A stretch of DNA of 64,000 nucleotides, taken from Phallusia mammillata (lineage: Eukaryota). The stretch is taken from the NCBI GenBank assembly GCA_965637545.1, contig OZ281496.1:21576001-21640000 (forward strand). The letters run 5' to 3'. Positions within the stretch are counted from its first letter, which is position 1, and every line of letters begins with the position of its first letter. Shown piece after piece: positions 39,001-50,714 of this stretch. Made by a program: the position numbers and the translations under genes. Below the pieces are notes generated by a model. That model did not search any database, was not told where the DNA came from, and saw only the letters and a program-made list of their open reading frames with translations.

Positions 39001-39837
39001 TCCAAATATATTACTGAGCATGCAACATGTGCCAAAACAAACAATTATACCTATTTAGGATTCATTATTTTCTTTCTGCTATTTAAGGATCAGATGGAGT
39101 ACCAGCCATGGCCAAAAAAGAAGAACTGCCGATGACCTGCGCTTTCATCCAAGAATGCATGCGATTTAAAACCCTTTCACCACTCGCTGTTCAGCACAAG
39201 ACAACCGCCACAACTGAAGTTATGGGGCACGTTATACCGAAGGGAACAACGGTAATTCTACTTAAAAAGAGATGTAAAAATATCCAATATGTTTTTCGCT
39301 GTGTGTTTGAAAGATTTTGAGTGGGAATTAAGGGCCATCTTTTTATAGGTCCAGCTGTTTTTTATTATTCGCGTGTAATGTTAAACATTCATTTTCAGAA
39401 AGCTTAAATTTGCAAAGTGTGAGCTACTGATATCTAGAATTCAACATTAGGTGCTTTTGTTCTTTACAGTGCGGATTTGCCACTTTAATGCAATGTTCAT
39501 CGTAATTGCTGTTTGTCTGCAGGTAATTGCAAATCTTTCTGGGGCCCATAAGGATCCAATAGATTGGCCAAACCCAGAAGAATTTAATCCACGAAGATTT
39601 ATAGACGAAAATGGAAAGTTTGTTCCCTCAAAAAAGCTTATCCCGTTTTCGGTTGGAGCAAGATTTTGTCTCGGGGAGAGTCTGGCTAGGGCTGAGATCT
39701 TCATATTCTTTGTCAAAATTCTTCAGAAATTTCGTGTTTCACCCGCAAATGGTGTGCCTCCTGATGTTAATGACGAAATTGTCTCGTTAGTGACAGCTGC
39801 CCGTACCTGTGATGTCAAGCTGGAAAACCGCATTTAA
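36090..39837 (+). CDS. Cytochrome P450 copy H, intact, ~498 aa
   Basis: Exons 36090-36371, 36706-36851, 36912-37014, 37412-37521, 38203-38312, 38377-38498, 38719-38863, 39088-39251, 39523-39837 (1497 nt, in frame). AGSETTS, ECMR, FSVGARFCLG. Confidence 0.93.
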
Positions 39838-40874
39838 AATATATGTAACAGAAGTTACGAGCATAAAACTTATGTAATTTGGTATGTGCGAGTAGTTTTA
39901 ATTAAAATACATTTTAAGTATGCTAATCCGTATGCAATATAGAATATGTCCACGTACAAAAGATAAAAACCGTAACAACGTGCTATTTTTCTTCGCAGTT
40001 TTCCCCGATTTTACGTTATTACGGGTTTATTTTTCGTGCGCAGTTTTCTCCGTCAAGCTTTCAGTTGAGGGTTAGTCGTGTTTGAGATGCTTGTCTAATT
40101 TTATTCCTTTTTAAGTTGCCGTTTTAGACACGGAAGATGCTTGCATAAGCATAATATATTTGTTCTTTATAAAAACTAATTTCAGTTTTAAACAAACGCT
40201 TGCAAACGGGCATTGTTTGGCTGGTAATCTTCATGCAAAAACGATATAAATGCATAGCACCAATCGAAAAACGTTTTAAAGTTAATTCAAATCCAAATTG
40301 CTTTCAATATTTAGTTTTAACAGCAAAATATGCGACCACTATTCGATGTTGCAGCTTTGTTGACAAGAATCAAACATAAAGGTCTGAGCTCTATGTTAGT
40401 GAGCGAGCATTTAAGTTTAGTTAGCGAAAAGGGAGATCGTCGACCCAAAAACTTGCCCAAACAAGGTCGAGCTGCAATATCGTGCTTTATAAACTCAGCA
40501 TGATATATCGAATTGTCGCCCCCAGGCTAATGGCTCGCGCAAAATTTGTTACCAAACAAATTAATGGTGCATGCCAAAAAGCACTGAGTTAAAAAAAACT
40601 TCCTGTTATTTTGCCTTGGGCAACGTAAAACCACATGTTTTTTTGCATTTAAACTTAAGACAGATAAAATACATACAGTTTTAAATGAAGTGGACTAAAT
40701 AGCGGCTAGTTAGTTAATCATTAAATAGTGACCGAAGCCTTATGTTCCGCTGGTAACTGACACGGTCTGATGTTTGTAGTAGGTCTTGGTCAACATCTGA
40801 TCGTATATAATTTGTAACTTTTCAGGTTTAGCCTCAATAAGCAGTTGATTTCTTATCACAAAATGGCATATGTG

Positions 40875-40882
40875 TATAAAAG
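40875..40882 (+). promoter_or_regulatory. Possible TATA box of CYP I
   Basis: TATAAAAG about 130 nt upstream of the ATG at 41007. Motif match only. Confidence 0.25.
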
Positions 40883-41006
40883 TATCATGAGATGGAATAA
40901 ATATTCAAGATGAGCTATTGTTTCAGAACTTTTGTGGATTTATTGTGACTACAAAACGTTTTGAATTTGCAAATGCGTACAAGAAATAGGGACAAGTGCA
41001 TTAGCA

Positions 41007-43834
41007 ATGCTGCTAGTTTCGATTTTACCTGCAATATTTAGCTTCTGGAATCTTTTTGGTTTGGCTGCCACCCTTATTTACATCTACTGGTGGCGTAGAC
41101 CCCATTCTAGATTTCCTCCTGGCCCTAGGGGTCTTCCCCTTTTTGGGGTGGTTCTATTTTTTGGCAAGGCTCCAGGACTAACGTTGAAGAAGTGGAGTGT
41201 GGAAAAATATGGACCTGTTATGTCTGTTCGATTTGGAAGGGAGGACGTGGTTGTTCTAAACACATTTGAGGCAATTAACCAGGTACCAAATATTAAATGG
41301 CTTGCTAAAGTAATTTGGGCAAGAATAACAAGATTGTGACCTGACTATTTATGTTAATCCACCCGAAAAACATCATTCCCACTTTGACTATTTTGATTGA
41401 TCTGTTGACTAACAAATTAAACTGCACATAAAAATGTCAGTATTTAAAAACAAATAACTCTTTGTAATTACAGGCTCTTGTCAAACAAAGTGCCATCTTT
41501 TCGGATCGTCCATTGATTCAGCTGTTTTACTCACAAACAAAGAACAACGGACTTGTGTTCCGAAAATACGATGAAACCTTTAAGGTGCAAAAGCATTTTG
41601 CACTGAAGTTCCTGAGAGAGTAAATGTAGTTCCTTTAAGAGGCAAAATGATTGTTTGGGTAAATGTATCCTACTTGATTCTGTGCAGAAAGGGAATTGCA
41701 AAGCGTAAGATCGAAGACATGTTAAACGAGGAAGGAGATCGATTTGTTGAATTTCTCAAGTCTGTTAACAACGGTTCGGTAAACTTTAAGGTGAAATCCG
41801 TAAGTGTTTTTACATAAGGACACAAGATCGACGGAATGACCTTCACACTGCGTGAGGTCTGTCATAAATTTGCAAAACGATTTCAGCAGTTTGAAAGCAT
41901 ACTATAAACATAGTCCATCCCGCAGTCATAGCAAATATTGACACATCGCGGTTATCCTCATACAGTGCTCGATTGAAGTTTGTCCTACTAAATCGAGCAA
42001 ACAAATCATAACAGTTCAAGTAATGTAGAATAGGACAATTTAGTCCGACAATATAAGTTAGAATATAGAAAGCCTAAAATCTTGTTTTGAATTTCACAGA
42101 AATATTTGTACTGGCTGACTAGCAGCGTATTATCTCAGATTGCGTTCGGAAAACGCAATGAATATGGTGATAAAGACTTTCTTCGCTTGTTGGACGCTTT
42201 GGGAAATTTGTAAGGAAACTGCAGTTAATTAATAAGCTGATGGAAACTAAGCCTATACCACAAGAGCAAATATTAAATAGTTTAACCATGCAGCTACAGA
42301 CCAACTTATATGATTTAGGTTTGCAGATCCGAATCTTGCGTTTATTAACTTGTTTCCATTTTTGGGAACAATCCCGCCCCTCAATAAGACAAGAAAAACA
42401 TTCGAGAGTTACACAGAATACATGCTTGGTAAGAAAACCTATGCTCTAAAATCGCTGACTCGTAGACAAATGTGCGAGAGTTTAGGTCTTGAAATTTATG
42501 CATTAACTTTATGTTTTCAAGACGCAATGCAAACGTACATAGATGAACATAGAAAAAACTTCGACCCAGACAATATCGACGATTTTATTGATGCCTACTT
42601 GTTCGAACAAAAATTTGGAAAGGAAAAGGGTGCCTTTACGGTTTGATTATTTGGCGGTTTTTGCAATATCGATGCCTTTAAACCAAAAACTGTATTATTT
42701 TTAGGATGACCAACTACAAGCCACGTGCCGAGATTTATTGGTAGCAGGGTCCGAGACGAGCAGCACAACTTTATGCTGGTGCTTTGTGCTATTGATGAAC
42801 TATTCGGAGTACGAGAAAATTATTGCAAAGGAAATTAACAAATCACTCGGTATGCGAGTTTTTTTATGAAAAAATGTAATTGTACGACGTTTCGTAACCT
42901 ATGCCGTGTCTCCAAGTTAAAAAGATAAGACAACAAACAATAAGAACAGCAAACATAGAGGTTTAACAGCAACAGATGCACAGCAACGGTTTAACAGCAA
43001 CAGAAGACAAACCACTACACAAATTTTGTTAAGGATCAGATGGAGTACCCACCATGGCCAAGAAAGAAGAACTGCCGATGACTTGCGCTTTCATCCAAGA
43101 ATGCATGCGATTCAAGACCCTTTCGCCGCTCGCTGTCCAACACATGGCAACCACCACAACTGAACTAATGGGGCACGTTATACCGAAAGGAACAACGGTA
43201 AGAAGTTAGAAAATAGTTCTTACAGTAAACGAGCTCTGTGAAAAGATGGGGCAATATAAATTTAATCAAAGCTTGGTATAAATAAATGTTTTTCAAGATT
43301 AGTTATTCCTGCTTAATCTACAGTGCTCAAAATTTCGTAACATGGCTGTGAACAATTTCTTCTTTTTCAAATCTGCCTGAATCATCTTAGGTAAAGCGAA
43401 ATTAAAGCAGCTACCACCAAGCATATTGCAAAGTGTGAGGTTTAAAAATTTCATTGGCGCCAAGTCTTTGCTGCGCAGAGCTAGTGTATCAGATCGAAGA
43501 CTAATATGCTTTTTTGTAGGTAATAGCAAATCTTTCTGGTGCCCATCGGGATCCAGTGGATTGGCCAAACCCAGAAGTATTCAACCCACGAAGATTTTTA
43601 GATGAAAACGGGAAGTTTGTTCCATCTAACAAGCTTATCCCGTTTTCGGTTGGAGCAAGATTCTGCCTAGGCGAAAGTTTAGCTCGGGCTGAGGTCTTCA
43701 TATTCTTTGTCAAAATCCTGCAGAAATTCCGTGTTGCGTCCGCAAACAGTGTACCACCAGATGTTAACGACGAAATTGTCTCGTTAGTTACGGCGGCCCG
43801 TACCTGTGACGTCACGTTGGAAACACGCTTTTAA
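41007..43834 (+). CDS. Cytochrome P450 copy I, intact, ~495 aa
   Basis: Exons 41007-41282, 41474-41619, 41688-41790, 42100-42209, 42319-42428, 42522-42640, 42705-42849, 43034-43197, 43520-43834 (1488 nt, in frame). AGSETSS, ECMR, FSVGARFCLG. Confidence 0.93.
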
Positions 43835-44700
43835 ATGGAAGTTGTGTCAATGAATACACATTCATCAACTAAATTTTCATCAGATGATTTGTGCGACACG
43901 TTTGGCGAAATCGACATTTATAAATTCGCTACAATTTGTGTACAAAATTCAATAGAGAGAAAAGCTGAATGACTTGGGTTCTCGTGGTGTTGAACTGTTT
44001 GTAACCAATGCCTCCCAAAAAACGAAAATACATATAAGGTATGGAAAGACAGCTGTGCAATACAAACAGAGCCAAAAGTTCGTTACCTATTTGCTTGAGG
44101 TAAAAAAGGGCTAATGGGAAGTAGCAAAGCGTCAGCCAATATCCTGTTTCCTATTACGTACTGCCTGTTATGCAGGCACCCTGCATGCAGCTACTTGCAG
44201 TAAGCTTGAATTCAAACTCTTTGGCTATTAACTAAACTGCCAATGATTGAATACACACATAGTTACCATCAAAACTACGCCAACCAAAAACATTTTACCA
44301 CAAACGTACCTTTGGGGAACACAAAATGTTAGACGTAAAACAACTTTTCACATATCATTGTTTGCAGATGAAACTTAAAACTTTTCAGTAGGTAACCTTT
44401 ACCTACACCTTTTATGTTCGATGATATATACATACGTGACAATCATCCCCTAATTAACCCCTTGCTTGTTATTCTGAACTGCAACGTACGGGCAAGAAAA
44501 CAGATTAATTTGCATTCGCAAGGTAATCAAAAGGACAGGAGTGCAGTATAAGACATGGTGGGTTTATCTCTTAAACCGCCAGATTGTTAACCGCACAAGG
44601 AGTTGTCAACTAATTGGCCTAAAAAAGAACAAGATTGACTGTTCGTGCAAGCAATGTTGCTTTACAGATAGGAGGTGGCTCGGAAGCCGGAACATAAATC

Positions 44701-47700
44701 ATGAAGAAGAGCGCAATACATTTGTTCTGCGTTGTCTTGATAGCTTTTGGTACGCGTCTTTATTAATTTGTTAACTGTAAATTTGTAAATAAAGTTTGCC
44801 TCCGGCGCTCCATAGCACATTTAAAGACATGGCAGCTATGTTTGGGTTCTTGAAATTTCAGAAAAAAAATACTATTTGTAATTTCTTGTCATTTGTTAAA
44901 TATTATTTGTCGAATTTGGAACGTTGTTAGCGTGTATTCAAGACAAGTTTAAAAATTTGATGGATAGATATTCTCGCATAAGTTTAAAGGAGTATTTTGG
45001 ATGTAGCAATTGCGTTAATGAAAATTAATATTTTGGTTTCAATAAACCATGATTGTCACACAGGTTGTACAAAATGTGATGCAATCAAGAAATATGAGGA
45101 CTTTGAAATTCCGGAAACACACCGTACCTGGGCCGGAGACTACAATTCAACTAGTAGAAATCGTCCAATTTACATAGAGCCAGTTTCTGGAGCTCTTGCT
45201 CTCGAAGAATTTTGTTCGGTAAAAACTAATGGCATTTACAATGATACTTTTAATAGCGTTTCTCGAATTGAATTAGTTGATATTTAGATTAGAGACGGCA
45301 ATGATACAATTCTGGGCAACTATGTAGGAAATGGATTGAGCACTGGAATCATAAGAACAGAAAGTTTATCTATCAAGATCGATTGTCAATTGTTCGGCAA
45401 TGGGAGTCGTTTTCACCTGAGAGCTACAGAGTGTAAGCTAATATAATTGTATTTGATAATAAAACTACTGCAAAAAACTAACTGGACAAAAAATACAGAA
45501 ACGAATTTAAGTCCAACGTGTTTTGTTAATATGCAGATGACAAGACCGTATCGTTTTCGAAGACAGTTCTATTAAGGAAAAACGACACATCAACTGTTTC
45601 CTTCAACTATTCAGTATCAAATAATTATGCAATCCAGGAATGGAAATTTAAAAGCGGGACCTGTTGCCAATTTGAGTTGAAATTCAGTGACGTGAATTTG
45701 CCGGGGCAAAACTCTGTGCTAGTAAGTATTTCTACACATATTTGTATTAGGTACACAAGACACGGACTTAAATAGTAGCTTTAATAAAAACCAAATCTGT
45801 TTTAATAAAACGTCTGTATTAATAAAATGAAAACCGTTTACTCTACGTCGCTGGCAATTTGGTTTTTATTAGATATTTGTATTAGTTAGAGAAAAAACAA
45901 CTGTTAAACCTTTTCTCTGTATTTTGAAATATATGTTGCACATTTTCCTTTAAGAAATTCATGTATTGACCAATGCTACAGTTGCTCAACAGTTGCTTAT
46001 GCACCTCAACATTGTTTAGATTCATACGGACATTGACGCAGCTAATGCAGGACGCTGGGCCGGGCCAAATATTACCCGAAACTTTAGAACAATTGGACGA
46101 CAACTCTATGTGCAGCTACAAGGCCTATATGACATCTCAGGAAAATCGAATAAAGCGTTTCAACTCCAAATATCATACGGTAAGTTAGCTTTGTTTCTGA
46201 CAAACATTTTTGATTTAATGTTTGCTGATTTAGATTGCATGGGAAAGATAACGCCGATCCACTGCAGGGCACAACACAATACACCGTAAGTATCTAAATT
46301 ATTTATGAAAGTCTAAAACAACAAATTTGTTCTATTTCTATAATTGAACACCTCTTTTGGCACATTATAAAATTGTAACAATGTTCCTACTCCAAAAAGT
46401 ACGAAAATACCTTCCAAGGTTCGTTCGAACAAACATGTTCAAAACTTGGACATAAAATGCCATTGATTTGAGATTAGTTCGTATACCATATTTTACGAAG
46501 TATCTTGCACAGATACTATCAATGCATTTTTTTCAGGGATAACACTTCCCATGCAAACAAAACAGAGAAAATTCCAACAACCTTGAAGGTGTTCAATGAT
46601 TCATATCACACTACAAAAACATCGGTGGTTGGAAATGTTGTGTATGCTGAAATACGACTGAAAGATGAAAACAGCGGATCCTATGATATATTTGTCAATG
46701 TAAATATTGGCGATAAGATATGGTTGCATGTATATATAATCATAACGGCCTAAGTATACTGTATCACCTAACTGCAATGTTAAACTTTTAGAGCATATTT
46801 TCAAACATTTTACATTATTTGAAACACCAATTCCCACGTTCATTTAATCAATAAGTAAATCATATTAAAATTCAAGTGTTTTCCTGCATAAAGGTATTCT
46901 GTTGGGTTGATGATGAAAATACAAACATAGATGAAAGGTTAATGTATGAATAATGCATGTTTTAGATGCTCGAATGTTCCATAAATGCCACAGCACAAAA
47001 AGCATCGACAGAAGTTCTTTTTGACCAAAAGTAAGTCATGCTCAATGCGCGAATGTTGTGGTTAAGTCATACAGAAATATAATTTGCAGAAACAACTATA
47101 CTGCAAAAGTCACAAGAAACAACCAACCTACATTTGCAACGTTCCAGTTTAGTACTACTCGCTTTAACACGGTTGGGTGGATGGAACTTCAATGCAAAGT
47201 CTCAGTTTGCACGGTAAGGTATTGGGAGTTTGACAAGCGTCTGTTTATTAGTTTGCTGCATATTCTTAGTTGGTGTTGTTTAAACTTCATGGTGTTAATA
47301 TTTAAACAACAATGGCGTTTGAGGCAATCAACAAAATTAAAACATGTCAAAATATCCATCTTTGGATAAATTAGCATTCCCGACCACTGCTTTTGTGCAG
47401 TCGAACAAAAAACTTTACTCTTTTACCATGTGACTTTCAATTTGTTAATGAAAACTGCTTTATGGTGGTTAGGCAAATGAGTGCGGATACGAAAGTGCAA
47501 ACATACAAGTTGTGTCAGCAAGGATGTATGTCTTACCGGCACAAGGTATTTGTTGTTTAGGTTGCAAGTAAAGTAATGTTGAGGATACAAGCGGGGTAAC
47601 AAACAGTACTTGCAAAGATTATTCAACATTCAAGCCTTTTAACACGGGGTATATTACTGTGCCAATTTTGTCAAAATAATTATAACTTCGCGTGCCAAAC

Positions 47701-48017
47701 ATATTTGTGTGTAACTATTGCTTGAATGAGTTGATAAAAACAGTCACCAGAAAGCAGACCATATCGTACCTGTAGGCTAGGTTTAGTATTACATCATGAC
47801 AAACGCAAAACAAACATTGATAACAGTTCAAACTATATCAAAAAGTACTTGAATTCGAACTGCTAAACTATTTGGCGCGCCATGAATAACCACCTCTGTT
47901 GCCGACCCCTGAATTCAATGCGTATGTTTTCTGTTAATATCCTATACTGCTGTTACAGAGACCGACACATGTACTAGTACGCCCGAAGCTGGAAAAATAT
48001 CAACTGAAATGCTGTAG
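44701..48017 (+). CDS. CUB-CUB-ZP-C-like glycoprotein copy 1, stop codon just before the TM (~409 aa; ancestral frame runs to 48176)
   Basis: Exons 44701-44749, 45064-45218, 45288-45432, 45537-45721, 46020-46179, 46234-46285, 46537-46699, 46966-47030, 47090-47213, 47473-47545, 47959-48017, in frame. Signal peptide MKKSAIHLFCVVLIAFG; CUB-like EWKF...FELKFSDVNLP...AFQLQISY; ZP-C-like TLKVFNDS...VGNVVYAEIRL...FATFQFSTTRF...LQCKVSVC. TAG at 48015 aligns to TAC in copies 2 and 3. Confidence 0.8.
45751..45872. mobile_element. 122-bp insertion with 13-bp direct repeats and an internal inverted repeat
   Basis: Flanked by atatttgtattag (45738-45750 and 45873-45885), absent from the same intron in copies 2 and 3, and carries taataaaaaccaaat ... 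atttggtttttatta. Confidence 0.7.
47590..47911. mobile_element. Old hAT-like remnant in the last intron of CUB/ZP copy 1 (ortholog at ~55129-55428 in copy 2, absent in copy 3)
   Basis: Right TIR gttgccgacccctg at 47898-47911 and 55415-55428, with tggc(g/a)cgc-type subterminal motifs. The left end is uncertain. Confidence 0.55.
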
Positions 48018-49262
48018 TTTATTGGCATTACAGCATCTGTTGTTTTTGTCATGGCACTCGCTTGCGTATTGGTAAAGGTGAAAGTGTTGTGTTGCCAGAA
48101 AAATAACAACAATGTGTTGGACAACAACGTGGAAACAAACAATGAAGATGCGGTGTACTATAATGTGACATTGTAGGAAAAGTGTATTACGTGTTCTTCT
48201 TGCACTTCCTGATTTGTGCTAACAGTAATAGTCCAGCCGTTGGTTAGTTTGTTTTATTCAGCACCAACAGTAATGTAATGTAAACGTGGCTTGACGTAGC
48301 GTGATTCTACGCCCAACCGAAATCAAACCGAATAGAATAACGTCACTTCAAAACCGCAGAATATATACACAGATCAAAACAACATAATTAGTCATACGTG
48401 AACAACATCCCGTCACTGGTACGGATGCCCACAACGTTCTCATCCTGTTCCACGCAATAACGAACAATTACATGACATAGCCACTTGTGGTTCCCACGTT
48501 ATAAGTCACATAGCATATGAAAGTTACGTAATGGAAAAGTTACAAGTCATGGCAGCTCTACCCATGACGTGAAAAATATTACATCATTTATGTTACAACA
48601 TGACTGCTATTTTTTAGTGACATGTTTGTTTTTTTCAAAAAAGAAGACAATTAGAACTTTATTTTAAACAAGAAACTTGAGAGAAAAAAATCACGCGAAA
48701 GGCACCTTTATATGAGGGGGCCTAATGACAGAATTTATATAAGCAGAAAGGCTCGTTTAAAGTGCATTGAAATGTATACCAAACTAAAGTAACTAATAAA
48801 ACTGACAGTTTAAAGCAGAATACCAATACAATAATTTGTAGCAGCCATCGACAAACGTCAAATTCGACAATTGCAAACAAGATTTCACATCAACACGTGG
48901 CTGTGTATCAGTTGTCACTATTTCAAGAAAACCAGCATTACACATCATAAGTTGGGTGCAATCTTTTCATTTATCAACTCCTTAACTTAAACGTATTCAT
49001 ATGAAAAAAATAAACATTTTGAACAAGTTACGTAAAAGTTTTCTTCCGCCTTGTGACCGTTTCTATGAAGACCAAAGCAGCGCGTTGACAGTTGTATGTT
49101 TTAGTAGTGCACTGGCGTCGTGCACTCTTTCCATTTTTTGTTATTTTTGTAATCATTGTTAGGACGATCATTACCGACATTTCACAATTGTCAAAATAAA
49201 CAATTTATTTGTAAGATGACTATTTAGTGGTGTGCAAGTTTTGTGTCTTGGGCTATCTAGGG

Positions 49263-49828
49263 CAGGGGTGTCAAACTCGTGGGGTTCGGGGGCCACATTG
49301 CAGTTTGGAAATTATGCCGAGGGCCGCATGTGATTTTTAATCTAGTTTATACACTTAAACAAACTTTTCGCTACGACGGCAGCATTACAGATCCTTATTT
49401 CACCAACAGCTGCCCATTATCTGCTGGTTTTTGTTTTAAAATTACAGATGTAAAGAAAAAGGTTTATATTTTATATATGCCATCTATTAAAAAGCCCAGA
49501 TTGATTTCCAGCTTGATGCACAGATTGAGCTGCACAATGTGAAGATCAGTTTTAACTGTTTATTACGTCACAATCTATATTGTGACGCTTTTTGTACCTG
49601 TTTTTTTGCATTGTTTGTACACAATAGGCCTACAAAAAGTCTGGCAGGTTTAATTACTGTCGTTTCTATTCATAACATATGAATTTGTATTTATAAATTA
49701 AATTTCGGTAAATGTCTGTTTAAATAATAGCTTTCACTTTGAAAAGTAGTATAATTAGATAAAAATCTGACAAAATACTATATCTGTTGTTGACTGTTCG
49801 TGGGCCGCATTGGAAGGCTTCCTGCCTG
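49263..49828. mobile_element. hAT-like MITE in the copy 1/2 spacer
   Basis: Left TIR caggggtgtcaaactc, eroded right end, flanks atctaggg / atctaggc (7/8). The matching site (~56427 atctaggg) is empty in the copy 2/3 spacer. Confidence 0.75.
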
Positions 49829-50475
49829 ATCTAGGCAAGGGTACCGTAAACCAAAATAAGTGAAAACAATGGATTAGTGGTTTGCAACTTTAATACAGTA
49901 ACGAACCCCTTTTAGAACAATTCCTGGGATCGCCATACTTTTACCTACTATTTTAAAAACATGAAAATCCTTGCAATTCTACTGTTTGCAAACCCCCGGA
50001 ACCATATCACTAATCCCTTGGGGTTTCGCCAATGCTAGGTTGGAAACTTCGTGAGTAAACAAATTTTAAAATGTTTCCTTTAACAAAACGCATTGAAACA
50101 ATTTGGTAAAAACTGTGGCTGTTAGAGTGAATAACACAGAAATAGACATCTTGTTCAAACGCAGCGGCAAACGGGGCAATTTTGTTCTGAATTCATCGGA
50201 TGCCAGTTGAAATAAAATGAAACAGAGTTAGAAGTTCATGTACGAAAAGACCAGTTGACAATATGTTAATGAAAGAGTGGAACTACCTGTTGTTGTAAAT
50301 TTATAAATGTTGTATTTGTGATATACGATAACTATAACACTATTTTTAGGTTTGTTTTGTTGCACTTGAAAACACCAGAAAATATATAGGCACCTTTTAT
50401 TTTGTTCAGAGCATGTTAACTTGTCGACTGTATCAAACGTTTGCGGGCAAATTCATGAGAATCGTCACAATATAT

Positions 50476-50714
50476 TAGTAGTTCTCAAACTGTGCGTCGC
50501 GACGCCCTGTTGCGTCGTTTCAATTTTCCAAGGGCGTCGCAGAATATTTCCATTTCGTGGCTTTTTATGGTTGTTTTTGTGGTTTGTTTTTGTTGTATCA
50601 ATAAACACAGCTTCAATAATAAGGTTACTCATTAACTTTTATTTGCTGGTGCGTCGCAAGATTAGAAAACTTTTCCAGAGGTGTCGCAACAAAAAAAAGT
50701 TTATGTGATAATTG
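50476..50714. mobile_element. Degraded hAT-like MITE
   Basis: Starts tagtagttctcaaactgtgcgtcgcgacgccc with repeated gcgtcg(c) motifs and ends gtgtcgcaacaaaaaaaagttt. Absent at the matching site near 57170. Confidence 0.55.

Noticed and set aside
43834-44701. Functional link (operon-like system) between the P450 array and the CUB/ZP array
   Set aside because: Only adjacency is visible. No shared regulatory element or mechanism can be supported from sequence.
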